Shown: in pieces, positions 11,885 to 24,772 of the stretch
Layout of the letters: the number at the start of each line of letters is the position of its first letter
Position numbering within the stretch: the stretch's first letter is position 1
Assembly: GCF_037042905.1 (NCBI RefSeq)
Contig: NC_087245.1
Coordinates: 42,100,001-42,164,000, forward strand
Length of the DNA: 64,000 nucleotides
Source of the DNA: Lytechinus pictus
Lineage: Eukaryota
Direction: 5' to 3'
The notes under the pieces: model-generated
Told to the model about the DNA's origin: nothing
The model's database searches: none
The model's input: only the letters and a program-made list of their open reading frames with translations
Made by a program: the position numbers and the translations under genes

Positions 11885-12798
11885 CTGTATGGATTAAAGA
11901 TACAGAGTTAAAGACATTGTTTCTCATGAGAAAGGCCTTGATCACCCAACCTCCATAATGACTAAGAGAATACCAGTCAAAATGACCCCACAATCGCTCT
12001 GAAGTGACGTCAGAACAATTCACAGCATACTCCTGTATGGATTAAAGATACAGAGTTAAAGACATTGTTTCTCATGAGAAAGGCCTTGATCACCCAACCT
12101 CCAAAATGACTAAGAGAATACCAGTCAAAATGACCCCACAATCGCTCTGAAGTGACGTCAGAACAATTCACAGCATACTCCTGTATGGATTAAAGATACA
12201 GAGTTAAAGACATTGTTTCTCATGAGAAAGGCCTTGATCACCCAACCTCCAAAATGACTAAGAGAATACCAGTCAAAATGACCCCACAATCGCTCTGAAG
12301 TGACGTCAGAACAATTCACAGCATACTCCTGAATGGATTAAAGATACAGAGTTAAAGACATTGTTTCTCATGAGAAAGGCCTTGATCATCCAACCTCCAA
12401 AATGACTAAGAGAATACCAGTCAAAATGACCCCACAATCGCTCTGAAGTGACGTCAGAACAATTCACAGCATACTCCTGTATGGATTAAAGATACAGAGT
12501 TAAAGACATTGTTTCTCAAAGATACAGAGTTAAAGACATTGTTTCTCATGAGAAAGGCCTTGATCACCCAACCTCCAAAATGACTAAGAGAATACCAGTC
12601 AAAATGACCCCACAATCGCTCTGAAGTGACGTCAGAACAATTCACAGCATACTCCTGTATGGATTAAAGATACAGAGTTAAAGACATTGTTTCTCATGAG
12701 AAAGGCCTTGATCATCCAACCTCCAAAATGACTAAGAGAATACCAGTCAAAATGACCCCACAATCGCTCTGAAGTGACGTCAGAACAATTCACAGCAT
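11775..12798. repeat. 148-bp tandem array of the PTDSS1 exon-5 acceptor plus 5' part of exon 5
   Basis: ctcatgag recurs at 11775, 11923, 12071, 12219, 12367, 12545 (extra 30-bp duplication) and 12693; degenerate copy at ~14130-14270. Confidence 0.97.
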
Positions 12799-13351
12799 TA
12801 TACTTTCTTCGGAAAATGAATTCTTTCAATGTTGATAGAATTTTGTTAAAGCTTTTCTACAAATCAGTGATAGAAAGTGTTATGCTTTTCAGTTGTGTTG
12901 TCTGGTTCGGAGGGTGCAGACAAGAAGACATGAAGAAATTGCAGAAAATAGCCAATTGTGCTGGGAAGATTACTGGAGAAGTGGCAAATGTGACCAATGA
13001 ATGCGTTCAAGCAATCTTGAAACAGGCCTCACAGATCATACAAAATAAGGACCACCCCCTCCACTCATGTTATATTCAAATGCGATCTGGAAGGCGGTAT
13101 AGATCAATGAGGGCTCGAACATCGCGTTTCCTTCATTCTTTTGTGCCGCTCTCCATTCGAAAATACAACGAACAACTTCAATCAAGCCTGTAATCTTGCC
13201 ACTTCGTCAGTCACCTACTATATTCTCACACATGTATACAATTTACTAATATTACCCTGATACTATCGACTGAAATGAAAGCATTGAATGAGCAATTGTC
13301 TATTTATAATGATGATTATGATAATAATGATGAATGATAATGATGATAATG

Positions 13352-13393
<42 letters not shown>

Positions 13394-13698
13394 TAATAAT
13401 GATAGGAAAATTACATTAATGATAATAGTAATAATAATATTAATAATAATGATAATGACAATGATAATAATGATATTGAAAATAAATAACAATAACAATA
13501 ATTAAGAGCAAAGTTGTACCGATTTTGAGTGAAATTATTTTATATTATGTATTTTCCCCTTATTTGTATGACTGTATGTAGTTTGTTGTATTTCTTTGTA
13601 TGTTTTTTTTCTGTATATCCTGTAATAATGATAATGATAATAGTAATGATTGATTATTGATAATTGTAATAATAGAAACAATATTAATAATAATAATA

Positions 13699-13744
<46 letters not shown>

Positions 13745-14074
13745 TAATAACAATGACAATAACAATAATAATAATAATAATAATACAATTAATAATAATC
13801 ATAATGATAATAATAAGATTGATAATAATAATAATGATAATTATATTAATAATAACGACGATTAAGAGTAAAATGTTACCGATTTGATTGAAATTATTCT
13901 GTATTATGTATTTTTCTTCAAATATGTGTGATTGTATATATATTCTGTAGAATTTATCTTTACGCTTTGTTTTTGTATATTTCTGTGTATATGTAAATGC
14001 CAACAAGAATATTTTCCTAAATGGACAGAATAAAATCAATTCTCAATTCTCAATTCTCAATTCTCAATTCTCAA
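12799..14074 (+). mobile_element. 5'-truncated LINE (Rex1/Babar-like) with (AAT)n-rich 3'UTR and (TTCTCAA)n tail
   Basis: LYFLRKMNSF...FYKSVIES...HPLH...SGRRYRSMRARTSRFLHSFVPLSIRKYN is typical of the C-terminal region of Rex1-type ORF2; heptamer tail ~14040-14074. Confidence 0.8.
13312..13855. repeat. Two imperfect (AAT)n microsatellite tracts in a ~360-bp internal duplication of the LINE 3'UTR
   Basis: AAT/GAT/AAC runs, each followed by a similar attaagag...accgattt block at 13501 and 13861. Confidence 0.9.
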
Positions 14075-14806
14075 TACTCCTGAATATAGATTAAAGATAT
14101 ATGGTTAAAAACATACATGCATTTGGCTTCTTGCCAGAAGGGCCTTGATCACCTAAACTAAAATTTGACTTCAGTAGAGAATACCAGTAAAAATGACCCC
14201 ACAATAGGGTCTGAGGTGACATCGCAACAGTTCACAGCGTTCTCATGAAGAGATTAGATATTAAGTTAAAGTTGATTTGTGAGAGTAAATATTGGAAAGA
14301 TTGTCTTTACCCTAAAAAGTTCAGGGAGGGGGTTTAATCAACTCCCCCCCCCCCAACATTTTCTGTGACCATTCCATCGGCGCAAAATTATTATTGAATT
14401 AACTTTCAAAAACGACTACAGACCTGAATACATTTGATTGATATATAGTTCACACAGTATGCAACTGTATGTAATATCAATAAGTGTTACGTATCCCATA
14501 CCGGTAGCGAAAATATACATGACCCAGTATCCCATTGACCTTCTGACATTAGTTTTATACAGGGGATTGAAAAGAATTTGATAGCACACAGGTCACAAGT
14601 TTAAATTACACACTCTTACCCATACAACAAAGGCATAGCCAAGAGGGGGAGGGGAATGGGAGAATACTATACATGTGTATCTCAACTGTGGAAAAATTAT
14701 TGCTGTGACAAATCTACTACCCTATGGGGCATTTAATGAAAGTTGTCAGCAATGGTCAGCACTGCCAGTTTCAGTGAAATCCTTGGTTTCGATTGGCTCA
14801 GAAGAT

Positions 14807-15078
14807 CTGGGCCCCGTCTTACAAAAATTACCATTGATCCAATCAATCGTAACTCTATGGAAATCCATCAATGTCATAACTTTTCCTACAGGAAATTTGC
14901 AAAATGTCCTTTGTAAACAAAGGAGAACACACCAAATAGTCAGGATATTGAAGAATTAAAAAATATACATCATATCTAGAAATTTTTTGAGCAAACATGC
15001 ATTATATGTTGACTTTGCTGGCTTTCCATAGTTGCGATTGATTGGATCAATCGTAACTCTTTGTTAGATGGGCCCCTG
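14807..15078. mobile_element. MITE; related pieces at ~32232-32310, ~6497-6625 and ~8860-8990
   Basis: gggccccgtcttacaaa...tttgttagatgggccc imperfect TIRs. Confidence 0.7.
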
Positions 15079-15496
15079 GCCTCTAACTGTTACTATGATA
15101 ACTGTCAGGGAAAGAAGACTTGTCAGTGCAGACACCTTTCATGAAATGGTCCCCAGGTATAAATGTTTTATTTAGCCACAATTCATTTCATGAATCACAA
15201 TATCAACAGACCTGCCAACCTTCTACAACCAAAAATAGTATTCTTAGAAGGAAAAGAGAGTCTTTTTTGACAAAAAGAGTATTTTCAAAAAATTTGTCTC
15301 AACATAACAATCGCCAGCCTATTGTAGTGAGATCTGTGAAAAACATGTGAAATGACTCTACTTGTGCTCGTGAGCAAGAATTTACTTATCTTTTCATGCA
15401 ACAAGTAATAGAGAATGCACAAATCAGACTCTAAAATCACATCCATGTATCGAATTTGACATTTTCCATTAAAAAAAATTTAATATGCAAACCTAC

Positions 15497-15615
15497 CTTT
15501 TCTGGTGTGTTATATTCTTGGAGATCAGGAAATATCCATTGAAGGATTTTCATCACGTCCTGATAACTTTGGAACAGGAAAAAGATGAGTACTAGGAGAT
15601 ACATGACAGTGATTC
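15497..15615 (-). CDS. PTDSS1: Phosphatidylserine synthase 1, exon 4
   Basis: 119 bp; GITVMYLLVLIFFLFQSYQDVMKILQWIFPDLQEYNTPEK; cag/gtaggt; phases fit. Confidence 0.93.
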
Positions 15616-16907
15616 CTGTAAATAAAATGAGAAAAAGAAAATTACAGCATTACAGACTAAATAAAACCACTATTTGAGAATTAACATAAGAGTGTCAAAT
15701 CACAGAGTATTTTTAACAATTACTTGTTTAGAAATTATGCAATTTAAATATACAAATCACTACTACACTGTAGAAATTAGATGATGAATTTATTTCTTTA
15801 ACATATACATGTATATCCAAGTCCACCGCACAGTCACACCCACACAAACACACACCAACCCACATCCATGATTCTAAGCATGAAAAAAAAATTATTTTCA
15901 AAGTTAGAGTTCTAGATCTATAATAATTTATTAGTAGTAGATCAGACTCTCTCCCTATATTTTTATATGTATTTATTCATTTTGTTTATGTATTTATTTC
16001 CTTTTTTATTTTATTTTTTTTGAGGGGGGGGGGCATTATAAATGAAAAAAAAGTCATTGACTTTTGTGTTTGTGATGTTGTATACCGGTGTCTAAGTGTG
16101 TTGTGGTGTCAAAATCTGATTTACCCTGAATAAATACACCTGGTGCTGATGATTATTAAAGAAAACTGTATCGTGATGGTGTGCTTTAATATTTTAATAG
16201 GTAATGACCAGTATTAAAAAATGCAAAAATAGTGATAAACTTGGGCTCCTTAAAACCCTTGCGGGCTCCCTAAAAAAGTGCTTGAGGAGCCCGGCTGGCT
16301 CCCTAATAAAAAAGTAAAGGTCAGGCCCTGTACAGGTAAAGAATTTTTTTCCTGGGCTAATTTTCACAACCAATTTCTTAACTGTTAAATCTGCAATATT
16401 GGATAAGCCTTAACACTGCAGTGAAAAGGGAAATTTGGGGGTCACTTTCTGAATTTTCCACTGCTCTTTTGAGCATTTTTGGAAAAAATCACCCCGAGCC
16501 CCCTGGAAAAATGTTTTCCCTGCACTACTTTCATTGCAATAACTTTGGATGATCAATGCGCATAATTTTGGATGGCCTTTGTGATGTAATATCAATTGTG
16601 CTTCATGATTATGGTAGATGCTCTTATAAGAATACTTATTTTTTGAGCTCCCAGCAACCAATATCACAAAGTATATATATTTGTTTTCAAATATTTCACT
16701 AAGTGTGTAAAGAAAAAATTCTAAAAATGGAATACATCTGTCACTAGACCGCATCTCTCTTACCTATACTACACCATATTCAACTCTAAAGCATACATTG
16801 CAACAATGTATAACAATGCGTTGAGAAATGTAATGCAATATTTTAACGTAATGATGAAGTAGTTTTCAATTAACTAAATATAGAATTCAAATACAGCGAA
16901 CACATAC

Positions 16908-16952
16908 CGAAAAACACTCTCCATATCGCAGGATGTGGTCTGGTAAAAGGAC
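16908..16952 (-). CDS. PTDSS1: Phosphatidylserine synthase 1, exon 3
   Basis: 45 bp; GPFTRPHPAIWRVFFG, conserved PSS motif; cag/gtatgt. Confidence 0.95.
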
Positions 16953-17060
16953 CTGCATGAACAAACCAAAAATAACTGTCAGGCACACAAGTACATATCT
17001 ATGATTGATTTCCTCGCACTGCAGATTTCACCCGCAAAAATGAAGTACATTCATATACAA

Positions 17061-17370
17061 TGGCCCGTATTCTGAAGTCAGGTTTAACTTAAACTATGGT
17101 CTAACTGTGCTAAAAATATGGGAAGCCAAAAGTGTCAAAGTTTTTATTAAGTTGTATGTTTCTTATGTTTACTGTGCTCTTTCCAGATTCATTGATGGTG
17201 AAGACATTCATCTTAATATACTTCCTACACAATTATGAATGATTTGAGAGCCAATTGAGCTGAGGTATGATATCTCTACTTTTAGTGATTAGGTAACAAT
17301 TGGCTATCCACACTTAAACCAAAACTATAAACCTGAGTTTAAATTAAATCCAACTTCAGAATACGGGCCA
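17061..17370. mobile_element. MITE
   Basis: tggcccgtattctgaagt / acttcagaatacgggcca TIRs. Confidence 0.8.
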
Positions 17371-17827
17371 GTGAGTCCCACAAAAAAAAAGAAATTTAAT
17401 TCAGTGTAATTTTTTGTTACCATGATCATAAATTTGCTTCATGAGCTGTAAAATGAATAGAAAAATATGCTTCTCTTCTTTCATTTGAAGCCCATCTCAA
17501 TGTTCATAATGCACGCATGACGGAGTTAGAACAATGAAAAGAGGTGTTAACAAATTTTCCGCAAGTGTATGATTTAAATATCCATCTTTTCTTCTTTCAC
17601 ATGAGAACTTCTGTGTAAAATATGAATTATGTATGGTCAAGAAAAAGATGTGTGAAAACATGCTTTATTTCTACTTATTCAAGGGATTGTTGAAAAACAA
17701 GCATATTGTTTTCCAAAGCAGCAGAAAATGGGCTAAGGCGAATGCTGTCCAGGCAGGGTAAGGAAAACCTTGTGTTGTTAACATTTATTCTGAAATTAGC
17801 TATGACACTCAACGTGCAAACACTTAC

Positions 17828-17919
17828 CATTAGGAAAAGCTAGAACACTGATAATGAGGAAGTAAAAGGCGGCATGACACAGTCCTCTCCATATATTCTG
17901 CTCAAATCCATCAGAGGTA
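17828..17919 (-). CDS. PTDSS1: Phosphatidylserine synthase 1, exon 2
   Basis: 92 bp, cag acceptor, gtaagt donor; TSDGFEQNIWRGLCHAAFYFLIISVLAFPNG. Confidence 0.95.
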
Positions 17920-18545
17920 CTGTTATCAGAGAAAAAGCAATAAGGTAAATAAATATCGTCACCCTTAAAAAAGTACTATAGAATGCCTCCGACAGTCCCA
18001 TCTGCATAACACAATTAAATAAAGCAGCAATGTTGACTTTGAAGAATTGATATACTAGTACATGTATATCAAACATTTTCTCTTACATTCATACATGTGA
18101 CTCATTAATACAAGGCCATTCACTGCCAAGGCTATGGAGGCCATTATTGGCCTTAAACAATTTTGTTACCCTTTAAAATCTTTCCCATTTGTGATGTAAT
18201 ATTAAAGAAATATGCTCTATAGAATAGTGGCCTTGCCCTTAAAAATACTGAAATCGAAGGCAGACAATTTGATCTAATATTCATAGTAAGAATACTCAAC
18301 AAGATATCATTACAAGCTTCAAAGAATAAGGAAAATGAAACAGGATACCCATAACTAATCAAATTTGAAATGAGGACAAAATATTGATTTTCATTCATTT
18401 TGTGGGGATAAAAACAGTGATATTTTATCATGTGTGGAATGCAAATACAGAGCTGAATACCGGTATGTCAAAATGGTCACCTTTTTTCTATAGTACTCTA
18501 TTACATTAATGAAATGAATCAATCCTCCCCCCCCCCCCCCCATAA

Positions 18546-18988
18546 AGGGGAAGTTCACCCTGCAGAAAAGTTTGTTGTAAGAATTGGAGGAAAATCCATT
18601 AAAGATTAAGAAAGTTATTAGAACTTTGAGATTTGGATTTGTGATGTCATAAACGAGCAGCTGCCCCATATGTTATGTAATATAAAATGCATGAATTTCA
18701 TTTTTGAATGGTTCCTGATGACTTATTTTTATTGTCTTCATGATCGGGTGTGAAATTATTTTGTCTATTGATAAAAAAAAAGTACAGTAAAAATCATTTT
18801 AGATTTTCTGAGAAAATGACATATGATTTATTTTACCATTTGAAATGTAGGAATGCTACACGGTGGCATCAAAAATCACATAATTAAAATGATAACTTTG
18901 ATGGATTTTTCTCAAAGCTTCAGTAATATTTTTCATTATTTTTACTGATATTTTGATAATAAACTTTTTGTCAGGGTGAACTTCCCCT
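18546..18988. mobile_element. TTAA-type MITE (family of 1430 and 59326)
   Basis: aggggaagttcaccctg...cagggtgaacttcccct TIRs. Confidence 0.85.
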
Positions 18989-19788
18989 TTAAATACAGTA
19001 AAACTGGGTTTGATTCCTATAGAACATGCTGTCATCATTTATTATGATAATCAATTGTTATTGTCAAGTTTCTCATTCCGACACTGCTTAACTTGACATG
19101 CTTGGCTTTGCCGCAGTTTTGATATGGACTGAAGTTAGCGACCAAAAGATCTGCCTGCAGCAGCTGCAGCTTACCCATTTGTTCGCCGTACATGTATGTT
19201 TGCATGATTTTGGTCACAAACTGCAGTCCATATCCAAATGATGGCAAAGCGCGATGCCAAGCGAAGCAATGTCTGACTGACAATGCGAACAATGACATGT
19301 GACATGGTGATCGGAGCCGAAATACAGTCGTTCCCGAACACGATATTCCGAAAATCGGTAGCCATGAATATGTAGACTGATAAATAGGTCTATTTCTGTC
19401 AGGGATATGCTCCGCTGAGACTTCGTCTGGCTCCGCGGCATCCCCTCCTCCGTCAATAAAATGACGGACGTTGGGCTCGTAATGGTGGAGCAAACAACTG
19501 CCACCTAACTACTGCGCTTTTGAACCCTCCTCCATTACTCCTAAATTTTGCTTTTTGACTGGGTAAATGGGAAGATAAATTTATATTAAATACATACAGC
19601 TTATAATTACAACCATTCCAAAAAATAGCGAATTTTGATGACAAACAGATCAGGATCAGCCAGGTTCTTCATTGATCTCTCAATCACCGTCAGCGCAGCT
19701 ACAGTACAGCTGAACGTACGAACGCGCCAGCGGATTGGCTGGCACGTCCGTTCGCTCAGCTGTAGCTGAGAACCTGGCTGATCCCGAT

Positions 19789-20071
19789 AATAATAATAAT
19801 AGCCATTTATATAGCTCCATCTATCTAAAAATATTCTATTCCAAGGCGCGTTGTTATAATTACTATTACCCGGCCTTAGCTCGAGCTGCCTTTCAGCGCT
19901 CATGTATTCAAGGAAATTATCTTGCCAGGTACCCATTCACCTCACCTGGGTTCAGTGCAGCACAATGTGGATAAATTTCTTGCTGAAGGAAATTATGCCA
20001 TGGCTGGGATTCAAACCCCAAAACCCTCTGTTTCAAAGTCCGAAGACTAATCCACTGGGCCACAACGCTCC
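19789..20071 (-). mobile_element. tRNA-derived SINE
   Basis: Same family as 24483-24772 in reverse orientation; (TTA)n tail; short gat duplication at the flanks. Confidence 0.85.
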
Positions 20072-20672
20072 GATCTGTTTGTCATCAAAATTTGCTATTT
20101 TCCAGCATATTTTTCAGAAAGGTGGTAAGCTGATTGTATTTGATACAAATTTATCTTTAATTTATCATTTCTCCCTTTTTCCCCCGTCAAAAAGCAGTCT
20201 TTATTTTCAGTCTATATAAAAAGAACTGTACCAAAATAAAGATCAACATTCCGTTTTGGCCTGAAATGCACCAAAACGGGGAAAAATCAACTTAAAAGGA
20301 GAAAAAACAGTGACTTACTTCGGCTGTCCCGCAACTTCACTTCCCTGTTTTATCCGAGCTTAATTATGGCCATTGCGTCCCTGTACAGATCGAGCTACAT
20401 ACAACTTCGGTCTCTGTATTTGGTGAGTGGAGCCAACGGAGTTCAGCAGAACAACCAACATAACAGAGACCAAAGCTTTTGGTCTAGATCTAGATTCTGT
20501 GTCTCGATGGACCTTCATCCATATAATCAAGGTAGATCTAAGTTAACTTAATCTAAGTGCATAATTTATTTTTTCCCCTTTTATTTGGAGTGCTATTGCC
20601 TATTGGCTATTGTGACCCCATTCTACCCCATTTTGGAGAGTACCCTCTGCCTAATTATTACACGGACGAGTC

Positions 20673-20991
20673 CAGGGGCCGATTGCAAGGACCGTCTTTT
20701 GTGTCGCCCATTTATTATGATGCGCCATGTGAAACACATTTTAAATAAATTACCTGCAAACATATTTTATTCATCTGTTAAAGTAAACTAAACAAAATCT
20801 TTGTTTATAAAATGATGTGATAATATTATTATCAGGAAATTGTATACAAATCGATTAAATTTAAAATGCTAGCTAACAAATTTCATTTGTTTATCATACA
20901 TTTCAGAAAAATCCCGCATACAGCGCATCATAAAAGATGGGCGACACGAAAGATGGTCCTTGGAAAGACCCTTTCGTGCAATCGGCCCCTG
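20673..20991. mobile_element. MITE-like inverted-repeat element in PTDSS1 intron 1
   Basis: caggggccgattgca...tgcaatcggcccctg with ~70-bp imperfect arms. Confidence 0.75.
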
Positions 20992-21090
20992 CCCTGGGCT
21001 CTGCTCCGGCCCGCGTTACTGACCCATACCGAACCGTACCAGCGCCCGACAAGCAGCTGGTTGCATACAGCAGTGCAGCGACACACCTAC

Positions 21091-21257
21091 CCAGCAAATG
21101 CAAAGTAAAACGTCCCGATCACAGCCACAGAAAGAAGAGTAAGAGTGTGTGGTTTATAGAAGAATGCAAGTGTGATGTCCTCCACTTCTTGCTCATTGAT
21201 GAGACGGAAATGATCACTAACTTCTGAACTAGAGCGTTTATGTCCCCTTTTTGCCAT
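21091..21257 (-). CDS. PTDSS1: Phosphatidylserine synthase 1, coding exon 1
   Basis: ATG at 21257; [56 protein letters not shown] matches the PSS1 N-terminal motif; phase-2 donor GG|gtaggt. Confidence 0.93.
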
Positions 21258-21400
21258 TTTTCACTCGTAAAATTGTGACTCCGGTAATTGCTAGTCGATG
21301 AATCCGCGTCGGCCGGAATTGCATGCGTGACGACGTGCACGCGCACTCGGCCTCAGGCCGGCAGAACAGCGGCCGGTCGGGGAAGGCGATCTCAGTGGCT
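21258..21400 (-). promoter_or_regulatory. PTDSS1 5'UTR / CpG-rich promoter
   Basis: Local CpG-dense patch directly upstream of the ATG in an AT-rich background. Confidence 0.5.
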
Positions 21401-23375
21401 TTTATTTTCTGCATTTATTTTTCAGCATATTTTTCCAGATTTTTTTTTTTTTTTAGATTGGACTTAGACAGCTGCCTGATCGCCATTATTAGTCACAATT
21501 TGAATGTTGATAATCATGATCAAAACCCCGAAAAAAAAGAATGGCATTATACTCTCCGATCCGCCCTTGAATGGCTTTATACCTCATACCTCGACACCAA
21601 CCCCCTCTCTCTCCCTTTGTCTCCCCCGCCTCGACCCCCCCCCCTCTCTCTCTGTCTCTTAATTTCTTTCTTTCACTCACACTATATCCCCCTCCTCCTG
21701 GCCCCCTCCCTTGTCCTCATCCTGACATTTTAAAACATCTATCCCCTCAACCAGGGGTATTCTGAATGTCATATTTTTCTTATTTATCTTTTTTCACTTT
21801 TTCCTATGCCTGGCGCATATATTTATAACTTGCGCAAGTAATACCAATGCACTCTAAAAAGATAAGAACAAAATCTGAAATTCATCATGATGCAAAATAA
21901 TAACACCAGTTAATTGCGTATACCGTATGCGCATGTGCATATAATATTCTCTTTACATAAGGAACACTTACTTCTATATAACTGCAAATGTACAGTGCAT
22001 TTTTTTTGGGTAATATCTTAAGATATCTAAAGATGAGAAAGGGGTTGTCCTTGCAGAGATAAGAACGCATTAAGAAGAATTTCAGAATACTGATTTTCAA
22101 TGATTTTAGCGTCTTCCTAGACACGAGATAAGATAATTTAAGTTAAGAACAGATAAAAGAATGTTTTCATAATACTACCCCAAATCTTCTAATATATCTT
22201 GGTGTTGAATATAAAAACACTTAGAAGAATATACCTACATATTAATAATTACATTTATTCAAATTGATGTGAAATGGTGTGCCACTCATCATCTCAATAA
22301 TTCAACAAAATAGTCTTGATCTTCCAAGTTATTGCTGCAAAGAAAGAAATCTCCAAAACACTGACAGAATACCAACCTTTCACTCAAACTTGTACATTTT
22401 TCTTTAAGAGCACAGATTGCAGGGTTGAAAATTTGTTGTGTCAACAGAAGAAAAAATGCCCCAAAGTGCAAAATTTCTTGCATTAATTGTGTTAGAATGT
22501 GTAGAGAGAAATGAGCATTCTTGCATGTGTCCAATGATTTATAAATTTGCCTTCACATTTATCCACCATGAAATGTTTTTTATCTCAGGGATACAAGGGG
22601 ATGGTCAAGTTTTATGAATACAGATCATTATTACAGTCACTGCCAGAAAAGTCTATCAAAATATTTTTTTGCATCCGGTACATTTAACTACACAGCATAC
22701 ATAAACTATCACATGCATAAAAAAATAAATGTGTATTATGAACTGATGATAAATCAGTTTGTATGCAGTGTACAGAGCTGTGAGTCTGCTGCGGAATGGG
22801 GACACATGGACACTTTTACTTCATTCATTTTATCTTAAAACATTGATAGAAATAAAATGTAAAATCTTGGAGGGAACCTATAAGTGTAGATTACAAATAT
22901 AAACAAATGATAAGTGGCTTAGAAGTACTGATGTTACTGAGAGAAGCATGATGTTACCTAAAATATAAATAATAACATTAAAAACAAAGACAATCTGATA
23001 GTATGTATAATATATGTAGAGGGTGTCAACTGATTACAAAAATTTCTTATGTATATCCATTCTACATTATTACCAGAATACAGAACTTGAACTCTACCAC
23101 AAAAATATGAGTATAACCATAGAGCTATTGATAGCTCCATGCTATAATGTAAAGGAGCTCCATTGTATAACACAAGAGCATTGGTACTGAGCCTAATTGT
23201 TACAGTAGCTCCATGGTTACACCAATATCTATATAACAACATAATCATTTAACGCCCAAATACTCTGTTGTTTGTACATGTATGCATGTCGCCATTGGGT
23301 ATCTATAATAAATATTATTATCTAATTAGTATCCAACTACCGGTACTCTTTATACAAATTCTTTTAGCTATATAA

Positions 23376-23585
23376 AGGCCCTGTCACATCATTCCGGGCA
23401 ATGACCCGCACCTCACCCGCAACAAAGTTTTGAGGAAAACTTTTCTGCATGCAAATAAGACTTGCGTGCGCTTTTGTGGGCAACAGCGTGTGAGATACTG
23501 TCAATGCGGGCAACCTGCAGGTAGCAAAAATAGTAACCCGCAAGTCACACGCGAGGCTTGTACGGAACAATGTGACTGGGCCTTA
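23376..23585. mobile_element. MITE
   Basis: aggccctgtcacat...atgtgactgggcct TIRs. Confidence 0.7.
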
Positions 23586-24482
23586 AAGGCATATAAAAAT
23601 ACTCAGTTGTCGCTATTATAAATTCTGCTTTAAGATTTATTATCCCACTATACAAACTCCAACCCTAAAAAGACTTACATTAAGCTAAAAAAAAAAATTA
23701 CATAAAGTAAGATAAGATAATTTACTTGATTCAGCCTCATTCAAAGTATGACCTGTAATGTCAAACTCTGATTAGAGAGTTGCATTTTCAATTTACATTA
23801 TACATAAACTAAGTATTACAATTAAAACTTGAATGCTCATATCTTTAATAATATAAACCACGAGGATTTGAGTTTGTGTACTTGATAAATCACTTAAACA
23901 TCCACAACATGGTGGAAATTTGTTTGTTTGGTTTTTTGTGTACAATCATCAAATACAGCAAAGTGATAGTTTTCTTTTCTGAATATTACAAATAAATATC
24001 GAAAATTGATCCATATCTACCAAATATTGCACTTATTTGAACATCTTGCTAATTCCTATAAAGTATGACAAAAATGAAGGAGCATACATTTGTATTTAAT
24101 AGTTGGTAAGAGTCTGTATTAAATATCGGGAAATATAACTTTCATATTCCAATAAATGAACATAATGGAATATATATGCAGACATACACAGGTCAATTAA
24201 TGACCATTATGATGACATTAGCTCTGTTGAAAAGCTAAATTAATTCATTTGACTCATTTGCTGCCCATGATTGTTGCCTAATTTTGACGCTTCCTGGGGG
24301 CTGCATTGTTCCCCCTCATCAACAGGAAGACTACAATGAAAAGGTGTTGAACAACATCGTCAATGCAACCAATTTGAAGACTCCATGGGTATAGCGATTA
24401 CCAATTTTTACAACTGTTAAAAATTCATGCATGTAACTCTCCTATTGTTTGTCCAATACTGTTCAATTTTTCACCTTCATGT

Positions 24483-24772
24483 TGCATCGTGGCCCAGTGG
24501 ATTAGTCCCGGACTTTGAAACAGAGGGTCATGGGTTCAAATTCCAGCCATGGCGTAAATTCCTTCAGCAAGGAATTCATCCAGTGTGCTGCACTCAACCC
24601 AGGTGAGGTAAATGGGTACCGGCAGGAAGTAATTCCTCAAAAAGCTGTGTGCACCTGAATAGGAAGCCTGGCTTAGCCAGGTAATAATAATAGCAGGGCC
24701 CGCTGGGAGAACAGTTTTCGGAACTGAAGTGGCTACCCTGGGTAAATATACCATTATTATTATTATTATTAT
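24483..24772 (+). mobile_element. tRNA-derived SINE
   Basis: tggcccagtgg A box, ggttcaaattcc B box, cccaggtgaggtaaatgggtacc core, (ATT)n tail. Confidence 0.85.

Noticed and set aside
11775..12798. Exon-5 copies as mutually exclusive exons or a second PTDSS1 gene
   Set aside because: The copies are partial, lack the donor, shift frame and run into stops.
13316..14039. Poly-Ile, poly-Asn and poly-Leu ORFs
   Set aside because: Translations of (AAT)n microsatellite; the same applies to 51506-51772.
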